A stretch of DNA of 64,000 bases from an uncultured Fidelibacterota bacterium (GCA_913040915.1 CAJWHW010000001.1:70240-134239), one strand, 5' to 3'. Positions 10,466 through 20,712 are shown, counted from the stretch's first letter. Program-made: numbers and translations. Notes: a model not told the origin generated them from the letters alone.

Positions 10466-10922
10466 TTTGTCTGATCAAACGATATTTACGATTAAGGACA
10501 TAATTCAGGTACTCCCTCATCGGTATCCATTTATCCTTATTGACAAATTAGATGTCATAAAGCCAGGTGAATCACTTATAGCGATAAAAAATGTGACAGT
10601 AAATGAACCATATTTTCAAGGTCATTTTCCTGGGCAACCTGTTATGCCAGGTGTTCTTTCTTTAGAAAGTATGGCTCAGGCTGGTGCATTTTTAATGTTA
10701 AGCCAAGTGGAAGACCCACTATCAAAAAATATGTTTTTTTCTACTGTTGAAAATGCAAAGTTCCGCAAGCCAATTGTTCCAGGTGATCAGCTCAAAATCC
10801 ATATGGAACTTATAAAAAAGAAACTCAATATTTGCAAATTTCATGGGAAATGCACAGTAGATGATAAAGTAGTAGCTGAAGCATTCTTGTCTGCAAATAT
10901 TGTAGACCGTCCAGGCACTTAA
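10458..10922 (+). CDS. fabZ: 3-hydroxyacyl-ACP dehydratase
   Basis: LPHRYPFILID, NEPYFQGHFPGQPVMPGV. ATG at 10458 (alternative 10446) overlaps the lpxC stop. Confidence 0.95.
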   Translation: MANLSDQTIFTIKDIIQVLPHRYPFILIDKLDVIKPGESLIAIKNVTVNEPYFQGHFPGQPVMPGVLSLESMAQAGAFLMLSQVEDPLSKNMFFSTVENAKFRKPIVPGDQLKIHMELIKKKLNICKFHGKCTVDDKVVAEAFLSANIVDRPGT

Positions 10923-10923
10923 T

Positions 10924-11697
10924 ATTTCTTCCTTAATACATCCAACCGCAATAGTTGATCCGAATGCTGAAATTGGTGTAAATGTAACTATCGGTGCATT
11001 TACAATTATAGAGGCAAATGTTACAATTGGTGATAATACTTCCATTGGTAACCATGTTACTATTTGTAGCGAAACAGTTATAGGAAAGTCATGTCGTGTA
11101 TTTCATTCTAGTGTAATCGGTGAAATCCCTCAAGATTTAAAATTTGGCGGTGAACATACTAAAACAGTAATTGGAGAAAAGACAACCATACGGGAATATG
11201 TTACTATAAATAGAGGGACTGAAGCATTGGGGAAAACCGAAGTTGGATCTGGATCTTTATTAATGGCCTATGTTCATATTGCTCATGATTGTCTGATTGG
11301 AGATAATGTTATTATGGCTAATATGGCAACTTTAGGAGGTCATGTCGAAATCGGTGACTGGGCATCTTTAGGTGGTGGTGTATTAGTGCATCAATTTACA
11401 AAGATCGGTGCTCATGCTTTTATTGGTGGTGGTTTCAGGGCAGTGCAGGATGTACCACCATTTGTTCTTTGTGCAGAAGAACCATTGAAATTCCAAGGAA
11501 TCAATCGTATCGGGCTTAAACGAAGAGGTTTTTCCCAAGAAGAGATGAAAATTATAAAAAATACGTATCTAATTTATTTTAGATCTGCTTTAAATAGGAA
11601 TGATGCCCTTGCAAAAATTGAAACTGAAATTCCGGATACGCCTTATAGAAATCAAATTCTAGATTTCCTTCGTTCTTCCGAACGAGGAATTATCTAA
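10924..11697 (+). CDS. lpxA: UDP-N-acetylglucosamine acyltransferase; full-length frame with non-canonical start
   Basis: The frame of the 11227 ORF is open back to TAG at 10903 and reads ISSLIHPTAIVDPNAEIG...PQDLKF...IREYVTINRGT...HIAHDC...HQF...QDVPP. The ATT start at 10924 is inferred. Confidence 0.9.
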   Translation: MSSLIHPTAIVDPNAEIGVNVTIGAFTIIEANVTIGDNTSIGNHVTICSETVIGKSCRVFHSSVIGEIPQDLKFGGEHTKTVIGEKTTIREYVTINRGTEALGKTEVGSGSLLMAYVHIAHDCLIGDNVIMANMATLGGHVEIGDWASLGGGVLVHQFTKIGAHAFIGGGFRAVQDVPPFVLCAEEPLKFQGINRIGLKRRGFSQEEMKIIKNTYLIYFRSALNRNDALAKIETEIPDTPYRNQILDFLRSSERGII

Positions 11698-11706
11698 TAT
11701 TCAAAA

Positions 11707-12396
11707 ATGAACATATTTTTCTTTTACTTGATGCTTTCAGGTATCACATTTTCTCAGTATGCAGATTTTCGATTTGATTCTTTCAATTGTGTGAATTGCG
11801 ATGAATACGCTAAAGCTGTTATTAACCAATCTGCTTTTTGGATGAGTGAAACCCCTAGTATTGACCCCATGAGTCAAAATCGATTTTACATACAATCTGG
11901 ATATTCATTATCTATTAGTAAAATAAAAGGTCATCATTGGGGCTACCCTAATTTAGATTTGGGCATTAAAACAACAAAAAACCTATCATTAACAGGTAAG
12001 ATATTTGGTTTTGCATCGCAAGAAGAATCTCCACAAATATTGGGAGCGGGGCTACAATATGCTTTTGGTGGTAAAGATACATTGAATTGGGTCACTTCTA
12101 TCCAGCGTATTGATTTAAAGGGGTTAAATCATTATCATTTAACTTCTCTAACCATAGATATTCGAACATGGATCAAATGGAATCCAATAATCTTCAGAAT
12201 TGGGACTGGTTCAATTTTCTATAAACAAAAATCTTTTTTTACTGTTTCTGGGATGGATTCAAAAATAGATGGTCAAATAAATTTCATTGGAGTAGATACA
12301 TTATATCCATATTCAATATATACAATTGGGGTTGGAACTCGGTTTCATCCCCGAAAAACAATGATTTCCTTTTTTATACAAAAAGAATTATTCTAA
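11707..12396 (+). CDS. Hypothetical exported protein, possible beta-barrel
   Basis: Signal-peptide-like N-terminus, amphipathic strands, C-terminal Phe; TAATG overlap with dxr. Confidence 0.6.
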   Translation: MNIFFFYLMLSGITFSQYADFRFDSFNCVNCDEYAKAVINQSAFWMSETPSIDPMSQNRFYIQSGYSLSISKIKGHHWGYPNLDLGIKTTKNLSLTGKIFGFASQEESPQILGAGLQYAFGGKDTLNWVTSIQRIDLKGLNHYHLTSLTIDIRTWIKWNPIIFRIGTGSIFYKQKSFFTVSGMDSKIDGQINFIGVDTLYPYSIYTIGVGTRFHPRKTMISFFIQKELF

Positions 12397-13541
12397 TGTT
12401 TAAACGAATTTCTATTTTAGGGTCCACCGGATCTATTGGTGTCAATGCGTTAAAAGTAGCATCCCATTTACGAGAAGAGTTAGAAATTGTTTACCTTTCG
12501 GCTAATCAAAATACAGATTTACTAATTGAGCAAGCATTACAATTCAACCCGGAAGCAGTATGCATTGTCGATGAAGAATTTTCGGAAAAAGTAAAAGATG
12601 CACTTATTTCCACTGATATAGAAGTTCTGGTTGGTCGTAAATGTTTATTAGAGTTATCTCAAAGGGATGATGTTGATATTTTATTGAATGGATTAGTGGG
12701 CGCTCCGGGCATGGAACCTACATTATTGGCCCTTCAATCCGGTATTGATGTGGCTTTGTCGAATAAAGAAAGCCTTGTTATGGCGGGAAATATAATTAAT
12801 AAAGCTATGAAAAAATCTGGCGCAAAACTCTATCCTGTTGATTCTGAACATTCTGCTATTTGGCAATGTTTAGTGGGAGAAGAGATTGAAGATATTCGTC
12901 GTCTGATTTTGACTGGTAGCGGAGGCCCGTTTCGATCACGTGATGTGAATACATTTGCAGAGATTAAAATTGATGAAGCTTTGAATCACCCCAATTGGGA
13001 TATGGGCCAAAAGATAACGATAGACAGTGCAACAATGATGAACAAAGGCTTGGAGGTAATAGAAGCATATTGGTTATTTGGCTTTACACCTGATAAGATT
13101 GATATCGTAGTTCATCCCCAATCAATAATTCATTCTATGATAGAGTTCAAAGATGGCGCCATTAAAGCACAAATGGGTGTTCCTGACATGAAAGTTCCGA
13201 TCCAATATGCTCTTACTTACCCAAGGCATATAGAAGCACCTTGGGAACAGCTGGATTTTTATGAGTTTGAAAAATTAACCTTTCAGCCACCTGATTATGA
13301 TAGATTTCCTTGTATTAAATTAGCATTTGACTCTTTAGAAAAACTGGGGACATCCTGTGCAGCATTAAATTTAGCAAATGACTATTCTGTGTATCGATTT
13401 TTAAAAGAAGAAATCTTATTTACAGATATTTCGAAAATCAACGCCACTATAATGGCTGAACATAAATGGATTGAACACCCAACATTGGAAGATTTAAAAG
13501 CATTGGACGAATGGGTTAAAAATCATGTAAGCTCTTTCTGA
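12396..13541 (+). CDS. dxr: 1-deoxy-D-xylulose-5-phosphate reductoisomerase
   Basis: LGSTGSIG, NKESLV, PVDSEHSAI, HPNWDMG, ITIDSATMMNKGLEVIEA. Confidence 0.97.
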   Translation: MFKRISILGSTGSIGVNALKVASHLREELEIVYLSANQNTDLLIEQALQFNPEAVCIVDEEFSEKVKDALISTDIEVLVGRKCLLELSQRDDVDILLNGLVGAPGMEPTLLALQSGIDVALSNKESLVMAGNIINKAMKKSGAKLYPVDSEHSAIWQCLVGEEIEDIRRLILTGSGGPFRSRDVNTFAEIKIDEALNHPNWDMGQKITIDSATMMNKGLEVIEAYWLFGFTPDKIDIVVHPQSIIHSMIEFKDGAIKAQMGVPDMKVPIQYALTYPRHIEAPWEQLDFYEFEKLTFQPPDYDRFPCIKLAFDSLEKLGTSCAALNLANDYSVYRFLKEEILFTDISKINATIMAEHKWIEHPTLEDLKALDEWVKNHVSSF

Positions 13542-13581
13542 TTTTTGGAACCAAATTTTCAATATTAAGTAGTTTCTTATC

Positions 13582-14751
13582 ATGACAATTATCTGGGCAA
13601 CGATCCTCATATTGGGGGTGCTTATCACCATACATGAATTTGGCCATTTTATCGCGGCAAGATCAGTTGGTGTTCGAGTGGAAAGATTTTCTGTTGGTAT
13701 ACCGCCTCGTTTTTTATCAATTACATCGATTGAAAATGGTTTTATGTTGCGCTTTTTCTTTTATAAAAGTACAGGTGGACGCACTTATTGGCAGCCAGTA
13801 TTTAAAAAAATTATTTCTAAACCTGGCCGAATTGGTTCCCATACTGAATACGTTTTAGCTTTACTACCTTTTGGGGGATATGTGAAAATGGCTGGTATTA
13901 TTGATGAAAGTATGGATACTGAGATTTCCTACAAGGATGATGAATTTATGTCCAAGCCTTTATGGGCTAAACTTTGGGTCTTAAGTGCTGGAGTCATCAT
14001 GAATACTTTATTGGCATTTTTTATTTTTACTGCAATAGGATTTTATCAGGGGTCTCCAGAAATCAAAAATGAACCTGTTATAGCGCAATTACAGGAGAAT
14101 ATGCCGGCAATGCGTGCCGGTATTATTCCTGGTGACCGAATTACTCTCATCAATGGGAATAAAATAGAAACTTGGAATGATCTTACTGAATCAATACATG
14201 CAGTACCTGAAACAGACATAATTCTAACAATTAGCCGGGAAAATGTCGAGATTGAAATGAATATCACAACTTCCTTCATGACCGTACCAACTGAGTCAGG
14301 GATAGATACGGTAGGTGCCATAGGTATCGCACCAGAACTGATTTACTCAGAAATTTCTTTAATGGAATCAGCAAAAACTGGGCTATCAAAGACAGTAGCA
14401 AGTTTCGAAATGATTATCATGAGCTTGGGAATGTTAGGAGCCGGTGAAGCATCTATTTCTGATTTTGGAGGTCCCATTATGATAGCTCAATTGGCTAGTC
14501 AAACAGCAGAAGCAGGTTGGATTCCTTTTCTAACCTTTATGGCTCTTATTAGCGTCAATTTGGCCTTTTTAAATATTTTACCGATTCCCGGATTGGATGG
14601 TGGACATATTTTTATTCATTTAATTGAAGGGATCATGAGAAAACCCATGTCATTAAAAGCCAGAATTATAATCCAGCAAATTGGTATGGCTTTTTTATTA
14701 ATGCTTATGGTAACCATTATATTTAACGATATCACTCGTTTATTTAATTAA
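13582..14751 (+). CDS. rseP: RIP metalloprotease RseP
   Basis: HEFGH, PFGGYVKM, PDZ domain, NILPIPGLDGGH; follows dxr. Confidence 0.93.
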   Translation: MTIIWATILILGVLITIHEFGHFIAARSVGVRVERFSVGIPPRFLSITSIENGFMLRFFFYKSTGGRTYWQPVFKKIISKPGRIGSHTEYVLALLPFGGYVKMAGIIDESMDTEISYKDDEFMSKPLWAKLWVLSAGVIMNTLLAFFIFTAIGFYQGSPEIKNEPVIAQLQENMPAMRAGIIPGDRITLINGNKIETWNDLTESIHAVPETDIILTISRENVEIEMNITTSFMTVPTESGIDTVGAIGIAPELIYSEISLMESAKTGLSKTVASFEMIIMSLGMLGAGEASISDFGGPIMIAQLASQTAEAGWIPFLTFMALISVNLAFLNILPIPGLDGGHIFIHLIEGIMRKPMSLKARIIIQQIGMAFLLMLMVTIIFNDITRLFN

Positions 14752-15444
14752 TTCATTTAATTTTAGAATTAAAGTACCGAATTTCATTTTAATACTAATT
14801 TTTACTGGATATCGAACATCATCATTGGAAAACCAGATTGACATTGTGGCTTCATTTTTAAATTTCTGTTTGTCCATTCTTATTGGTGTAACCTTTGTAC
14901 ATTGATATATCCCTAAAGGCACATTGGTTGCTACATTTTCCTCTACATTCATTTGCAGATAATTTAATTTTCTCCCATCAATCAGTGAAAATATTTGACC
15001 ATCTATATTTGATAAATCCTCACTTCTCAAAAAATAAAATAGGGAATATGGTGAATGCGTTTCAGAACTTATTTGAATAGTATCTTTTGAAAATAAGGCA
15101 AACCCTTCTTTTTGGTTTAAAATTATGGTATTTTTCTTTTTGTATGATCCCTCACTGATATTTTTTACTACTTTTAAAGGGAGTAATGTTTTTTCATCCA
15201 ACCAAATATCAATTACATCTCGAATTGGAAATAAATAATCTGTAAAACCTTTGGTAGTAGCAGAAAAACGTACTTGAAATGTGCTAGTGGATTGAATCAT
15301 TTCTTTTTTTATGACCTCTAATTTCCCGGTTGCTGTTTCAATGCCAGAAAAAGATGCCTGGTATTGTAAAGATTCACCAACTTTAAACGGAACGGATACG
15401 CCCAATAAAATAGAGATAAATAAAAATAGTGCAATTATTCTCAT
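14740..15444 (-). CDS. DUF3108-like exported protein
   Basis: Signal peptide, PFKVGESLQY start and IWFSNDDVRYPVKI end typical of this family. Confidence 0.7.
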   Translation of the reverse strand: MRIIALFLFISILLGVSVPFKVGESLQYQASFSGIETATGKLEVIKKEMIQSTSTFQVRFSATTKGFTDYLFPIRDVIDIWLDEKTLLPLKVVKNISEGSYKKKNTIILNQKEGFALFSKDTIQISSETHSPYSLFYFLRSEDLSNIDGQIFSLIDGRKLNYLQMNVEENVATNVPLGIYQCTKVTPIRMDKQKFKNEATMSIWFSNDDVRYPVKISIKMKFGTLILKLNELIK

Positions 15445-16016
15445 GAACGTAAAATTGTTAGACTGCTATTTTCGTAAAGATAAATGGTTGATCCAACTCC
15501 ATCGATTATTCCATCATTGATTATCAAGTCAATATCGTTTTTAAATTCAGATAAGATTTCTTGCGGGTTTATCATTGCCTGTTGGCCTGTTCGATTTACA
15601 CTTGTGGTTGTAATTGGATTTGGAAATGTCATTGAAAGATTTCTACAAAATTCATGGTTAGGGATTCGAATACCTAAAGTATTATTTTCTCCCATCACCA
15701 ATTGAGAAACAACTCCATCTATAACTGGAACAATGACAGTAGATTCGCCTTTTAGTTTTTTCATTATAATATTGTGATCAGATTCAATTACATTTAGCCA
15801 ATCTTTGACAGTATCTTTATTAGGGGCTAATACGCTCAAAGGAGATGTCCTTCCTTTGAGATAATTTATTTTTTTGATCGCTGATTCATTTTTTGCATCA
15901 CAGCCAAAGCCATATAGTGTATCAGTTGGATAAACAATTATGCCACCATTTTCTAAAATAGAACAGGTTTTTTTAATTGTCTGCTTATTTTCACAATCAA
16001 TTATTAAATTGACCAT
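15441..16016 (-). CDS. tsaC: L-threonylcarbamoyladenylate synthase (TsaC/YrdC)
   Basis: YPTDTLYGFGC, KGR, GIRIP, TTSVN, GST. Confidence 0.88.
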   Translation of the reverse strand: MVNLIIDCENKQTIKKTCSILENGGIIVYPTDTLYGFGCDAKNESAIKKINYLKGRTSPLSVLAPNKDTVKDWLNVIESDHNIIMKKLKGESTVIVPVIDGVVSQLVMGENNTLGIRIPNHEFCRNLSMTFPNPITTTSVNRTGQQAMINPQEILSEFKNDIDLIINDGIIDGVGSTIYLYENSSLTILRS

Positions 16017-16024
16017 CTAAAGCC

Positions 16025-16879
16025 TTAGTTGGGTTTTGTTTTCCATCGCCGATGAAACCAGAAGTATTGTTCAGGATATTTTCTTACCTTTTCCTCAATT
16101 ATAGATGTAAAAGCTTGGGTTATATCTGCTATATTATCACTTATTGGTTTGACTGTCTCAAATTGAATTTCATATTTCTGGAACCCAATTTCGACGCATA
16201 CACCAAAAATGATTGGCGATCTTAATTTTTTAAAAAATAATGCAGCGCCTTTTGGTGTGGACGCAGGAATCCCAAAAAAATTTACGAAAATACCCTTTGA
16301 TCTTGCATCCTGGTCACTAACCAGTGCTAGGATTCCATTTCCAATTAGAACAGATTCCATTTTTTCAATTGGCTCTTTTCGAAAAATATGTTCTACTCCA
16401 CTCATCTCCCTTTGTTCCTGAAAGAATTTATTTGCCCCTCGATTCTTTTGTCGGAGAGCTACACCGGTGAATCTATAATTGGTTTCTCCCATCCATTTTA
16501 CGAAAAGTTCCCAAACTCCAAAGTGTGCTGAGATTAAAATACAACCTTTATTTTTATTCATTGCTTCGTGCAGAATATTTTCCCTTTTTACATCTATTTC
16601 AATCCCATCCCAGGATTTAGGAAAAGCAAAAAATTGTATCATATTATGCATGAAAAATTGGAAGATTCTTTTTACATAATATTCAATTTTTCCCGAAGTC
16701 CAATCCGGGAAAGCTCTTTTTAAATTATTGATTACCATTCCCTTTCTTTTGGGAATATAATGATAGGATATACTCGCCAATCTAATTGCCAAATGATAAC
16801 GAGTTTTTGGAGATAAAGTAGATATCCACTTTTTCAATAAAACCAATAGATAATAAGTAATTCTATGAGTTATTTTCAT
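16025..16879 (-). CDS. Lipid A late acyltransferase (LpxL/HtrB family)
   Basis: AHFGVWE, DQD, VNFFG, PEQYFWFHRRWK. Confidence 0.88.
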   Translation of the reverse strand: MKITHRITYYLLVLLKKWISTLSPKTRYHLAIRLASISYHYIPKRKGMVINNLKRAFPDWTSGKIEYYVKRIFQFFMHNMIQFFAFPKSWDGIEIDVKRENILHEAMNKNKGCILISAHFGVWELFVKWMGETNYRFTGVALRQKNRGANKFFQEQREMSGVEHIFRKEPIEKMESVLIGNGILALVSDQDARSKGIFVNFFGIPASTPKGAALFFKKLRSPIIFGVCVEIGFQKYEIQFETVKPISDNIADITQAFTSIIEEKVRKYPEQYFWFHRRWKTKPN

Positions 16880-16989
16880 TTTGAACTATGAAATTACATA
16901 TTTCCAATCTAGAAATAGTCTGAGTTTTTATAAAATTAATCAACCTTTTTTGTTTTTACTCATTGCTATTTCTTATGAAATTCATAGCT

Positions 16990-18336
16990 ATGAAACAATG
17001 TTTACTCACTCTTTTCTTCTGTATTACATTTACATATCCAGATATTGTTTACAGAGTCCCTATCGAGGGTACAATTGATTTGGGACTACCACCATTTATA
17101 AAACGTACATTAACAGATGCAGAAGCTCAAGGTGCTAGTGCAGTTATATTTGATATAAATACTTTTGGCGGTCGTGTAGATGCAGCTACACAAATTAAAG
17201 ATGCTATTTTAGGCTCTGATATACCCACGGTGGCTTTTATCAATCGCAGAGCTATTTCGGCTGGAGCCCTCATATCTCTTTCCTGCGAAAAAATTTATAT
17301 GACTGGTGGTGGTCTTATCGGAGCTGCGACTGCAGTAGATATGTCTGGGAAAAAGGGTAGTGAAAAAGTCATCAGTTTCATGCGGGAAGAGATGGCTTCA
17401 ACAGCAGAAAAACGTGGCCGAAGCAAAGAAATAGCCAGAGGAATGGTGGATGAAGAACTTAATTTTACCCATTTGGTTATTAATGGAGATTCAGTAGAGG
17501 TAACAGATATTGAAGGGAGAAAAGAAGGGAAATTAATTTCTTTAACCACAGAACAAGCTTTGAAATACAAGGTTGCTGATGGTACAGCAGAAGATTTAAA
17601 TGCGCTTTTAGATAGCCTAGGCTATAAAGCAGCAAAAACCTTTGAATCCAAAGAAAACTGGTCAGAGGCCGTTGTCCGTTTTTTAACGAATCCAGTTGTA
17701 GCATCACTCCTTACAACTTTTGGTTTTCTTGGTATATTATTTGAACTTCAAAGTCCCGGTTGGGGTATCCCTGGAATGGTGGGTCTCATTTGTCTTATAT
17801 TATCGCTAAGCGCATCCTATATTGCAGAATTAGCAACGATGTCAGATTTATTATTTATTTTTGCAGGACTCGCTTTATTCATACTTGAGCTTTTAGTTAT
17901 TCCTGGTTTTGGAGTCGCAGGGCTAGGAGGAATTGGACTGTTACTTTACGGCTTGTATTTACTTCTCCTTCCTGAAGTGCCTGTTGGTGATGAAATAATG
18001 AACCAAGCTACTGACGGGTTTTTGATCGGATTAATTGGAGCAGTAATTGGATTATATTTTCTTGGTCGCATTATGATAAAAACTAAATTTTGGGAACAAC
18101 TCACTTCGCCAAATACTCAAAAAAAAGAAGATGGTTATACTACGACATTTGGTTGGGAAAACCTTGTAAATGAGAGTGGTATTGCTGATACAGACCTGCA
18201 TCCATCTGGGTGGGTTAAGGTTGCAGATGAGCGACTATTTGTAGTGAGTGAAGGAGAGTTTGTTGAAAAAGGAAAACCAGTTCAAATTTTAAAAGTAGAT
18301 GGTAATCGAATTGTCGTTAGAGAATTAACAGAATAA
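16990..18336 (+). CDS. nfeD: NfeD-family membrane protein (ClpP-like, membrane and OB domains)
   Basis: INTFGGRVDAA, AISAGALI, TM region, TDLHPSG...VDGNRIVV. Start could be 16963, 16975 or 16990. Confidence 0.88.
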   Translation: MKQCLLTLFFCITFTYPDIVYRVPIEGTIDLGLPPFIKRTLTDAEAQGASAVIFDINTFGGRVDAATQIKDAILGSDIPTVAFINRRAISAGALISLSCEKIYMTGGGLIGAATAVDMSGKKGSEKVISFMREEMASTAEKRGRSKEIARGMVDEELNFTHLVINGDSVEVTDIEGRKEGKLISLTTEQALKYKVADGTAEDLNALLDSLGYKAAKTFESKENWSEAVVRFLTNPVVASLLTTFGFLGILFELQSPGWGIPGMVGLICLILSLSASYIAELATMSDLLFIFAGLALFILELLVIPGFGVAGLGGIGLLLYGLYLLLLPEVPVGDEIMNQATDGFLIGLIGAVIGLYFLGRIMIKTKFWEQLTSPNTQKKEDGYTTTFGWENLVNESGIADTDLHPSGWVKVADERLFVVSEGEFVEKGKPVQILKVDGNRIVVRELTE

Positions 18337-18354
18337 TAAAAAAGGAGCATCACT

Positions 18355-19365
18355 ATGCCCGTAGTACAAATGTTTATGTTAGCACTGATCACTTTTACAG
18401 TGATTCTAATCCTGTACTTTGTTCCCGTAGGACTGTGGATTCAGGGGGTTGTTTCATTGGGGCTCGGAAGAATCCGAATTGTGGATCTCATCCGTATGCG
18501 ATTAAGAAAAATATCACCTAGACTTGTCACTGATGGTGTTATCAATTTGCATAAAGCCGGATTATCACATATTTCTACAGACATGTTAGAAACACATTAT
18601 CTTGCTGGAGGTAATGTACAAAATATTGTTGCCGCATTAATTGCAGCTGATAAAGCAAGTATAGAACTACCATTTGAGACTGCTACTGCAATTGATTTAG
18701 CTGGCCGAGATGTTAATGAAGCAGTTCAAACTTCTGTATATCCAAAAGTAATTAATGCACCTAAAGATGGTTACTTGGCTGCCGTTGCAAAAGATGGGAT
18801 TGAATTAAAAGCTCGTGCTAGAGTAACCGTTAGGACAAATATTCCCGGTTTAGTCGGAGGCGCTACGGACGATACTGTCATCGCTCGTGTGGGTGAGGGT
18901 ATTGTTTCTGCAATTGGTTCTGCTAATAATTATTCAGCAGTTCTTGAAAATCCGGACAATATATCTCGTGCAGTTTTAGATAAAGGGTTAGATGCTGGGA
19001 CAGCATTTGAAATTTTATCTATTGATATAGCTGATTTAGATGTAGGTAAAAATATCGGAGCATCATTACAAGCTGATCAGGCCGAAGCTGATTTACGCGT
19101 AGCACAGGCTAAGGCAGAAACACGTCGTGCTATGGCTGTTGCAGAAGAACAAGAGATGACAGCTAGAACGCAGGAAATGAAAGCAAAAGTTGTTGAAGCT
19201 GAATCGGAAGTTCCAAAAGCAATGGCCCAGGCATTCCGGGAAGGAAATCTTGGTATCATGGATTATTATAAAATGGAAAATATAAAATCGGATACAGGAA
19301 TGCGGGATGCTATTGCTGAATCTGATGTGGAAACAACAGATGATAATCCAGTTGAAGATAATTAA
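18355..19365 (+). CDS. floA: Flotillin-like protein FloA (YqfA)
   Basis: [53 protein letters not shown]. Confidence 0.93.
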   Translation: MPVVQMFMLALITFTVILILYFVPVGLWIQGVVSLGLGRIRIVDLIRMRLRKISPRLVTDGVINLHKAGLSHISTDMLETHYLAGGNVQNIVAALIAADKASIELPFETATAIDLAGRDVNEAVQTSVYPKVINAPKDGYLAAVAKDGIELKARARVTVRTNIPGLVGGATDDTVIARVGEGIVSAIGSANNYSAVLENPDNISRAVLDKGLDAGTAFEILSIDIADLDVGKNIGASLQADQAEADLRVAQAKAETRRAMAVAEEQEMTARTQEMKAKVVEAESEVPKAMAQAFREGNLGIMDYYKMENIKSDTGMRDAIAESDVETTDDNPVEDN

Positions 19366-19377
19366 TGTAATCCTGTT

Positions 19378-20181
19378 TTGGAATTAACTGTTCCAGATCA
19401 TATTGCTGATCAAATAACTGATCGCTGTTTGCGATGTTATCGCGAGCAGCAATGGTATGGTAAAAACTTTCTATTTGATTATATTGGAGATATGGATGTA
19501 GCCGGAAAGCGAATCTTAGAAATAGGTTGTGCTGAGGCAGGATTGCTCAAATTTTATCAAGAAAAAGGTGCAATCTGTTCTGGACTAGAGCTCTCGGATG
19601 TTAGATACAATAATGCTCTATTATTAAATGAAGGAGAACCTATCCATTTATTTCAGGCAAATATCTGTAAACCTGAATCTTATATGACTGAGATAACTGA
19701 AAAACATGATACCATTATTATCAGAGATGTGATTGAACATATCGAAGATAAAAAAACTGCTTTAATAAATATGTTTGAACTATTAAAGCCCGGCGGAAAA
19801 CTGTACATATCTTTTCCTCCAAAATATTGTGCCTATGCTGGTCACCAACAGACAACTCCATCGATTATGGGGAAATTGCCTTATCTACATCTTCTTCCTA
19901 ATTTTTTATATGAAGGTTATTTACGTTTGATTGGATGTCCGGAAAAGAAAATCAATTATCTTCTATCTACGAAAAATACTCGTATTTCCATTCGTATAAT
20001 GAGAAAGTTAGTTGACTCTTTAGGTTTTAAGATTATTAAAGAAAGTAACTGGATAATCCGGCCTGCTTATTCATTCCGATTTGGTATACCAAAATTGAAG
20101 AATCCTTTTTTCTGGATTCCAATCTTCAATGAAGTTTTTTGCAATGGGGTATTATTTTTATTAGAAAAGCCAGAGAAGTAA
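19378..20181 (+). CDS. Class I SAM-dependent methyltransferase
   Basis: ILEIGCAEAG, DVIEHI, LKPGG. Confidence 0.85.
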   Translation: MELTVPDHIADQITDRCLRCYREQQWYGKNFLFDYIGDMDVAGKRILEIGCAEAGLLKFYQEKGAICSGLELSDVRYNNALLLNEGEPIHLFQANICKPESYMTEITEKHDTIIIRDVIEHIEDKKTALINMFELLKPGGKLYISFPPKYCAYAGHQQTTPSIMGKLPYLHLLPNFLYEGYLRLIGCPEKKINYLLSTKNTRISIRIMRKLVDSLGFKIIKESNWIIRPAYSFRFGIPKLKNPFFWIPIFNEVFCNGVLFLLEKPEK

Positions 20182-20182
20182 T

Positions 20183-20698
20183 ATGGAATGGTTAGGTTTA
20201 TTACTCCTTTATTTGATTTCTGGATTTATGAAAAAACGGCAACAAGCTACAAAACGCCGTGAAATAGAATCAGATCCCGATTGGGAAGTTTCTGAAAAAT
20301 CAAATCCAGAAAAATCAAAATCTAATTTAGATCAGGTGCTGCAAGACTTGTTTGATCAAACAGTTGAGCTGGAGCCTGAAACTCTAATTAATGAAGAGAT
20401 AGAAGATAAAGAAGAATCTGATCAGAATGAGTTGGAAATTATTACTGAACAAGTTGATGAATTTGAAGATCAAATTCTGAAGACAGATGAAAATGATTTT
20501 TCAAAAATTGATGAGAAAGTAGAAACCTTTGAAGAAAAAATATACCATTCTGAATTGGCTGATCGTGAGGAACAACATTTTGGAAACAAATGGAGAAAAA
20601 AGGATAAGCTCCACGCCAAATTATTTAACTCTAATAAATCCTTAAAAAAAGCAATTATTCTAAAAGAAATATTAGATAAGCCTGTAGGCTTAAGATAA
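20183..20698 (+). CDS. Hypothetical membrane-anchored acidic protein (YqfB-like)
   Basis: N-terminal TM, acidic linker, C-terminal LKKAIILKEILDKPVGLR resembling the partner gene of nfeD-floA operons. Confidence 0.6.
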   Translation: MEWLGLLLLYLISGFMKKRQQATKRREIESDPDWEVSEKSNPEKSKSNLDQVLQDLFDQTVELEPETLINEEIEDKEESDQNELEIITEQVDEFEDQILKTDENDFSKIDEKVETFEEKIYHSELADREEQHFGNKWRKKDKLHAKLFNSNKSLKKAIILKEILDKPVGLR

Positions 20699-20712
20699 GC
20701 AAATCGATTATT

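Noticed and set aside
10914..10926. prfB-like +1 frameshift fusing fabZ to lpxA
   Set aside because: The codon before the stop is ACT, whose tRNA could not re-pair at CTT, and there is no internal SD. Non-canonical initiation is the simpler explanation.
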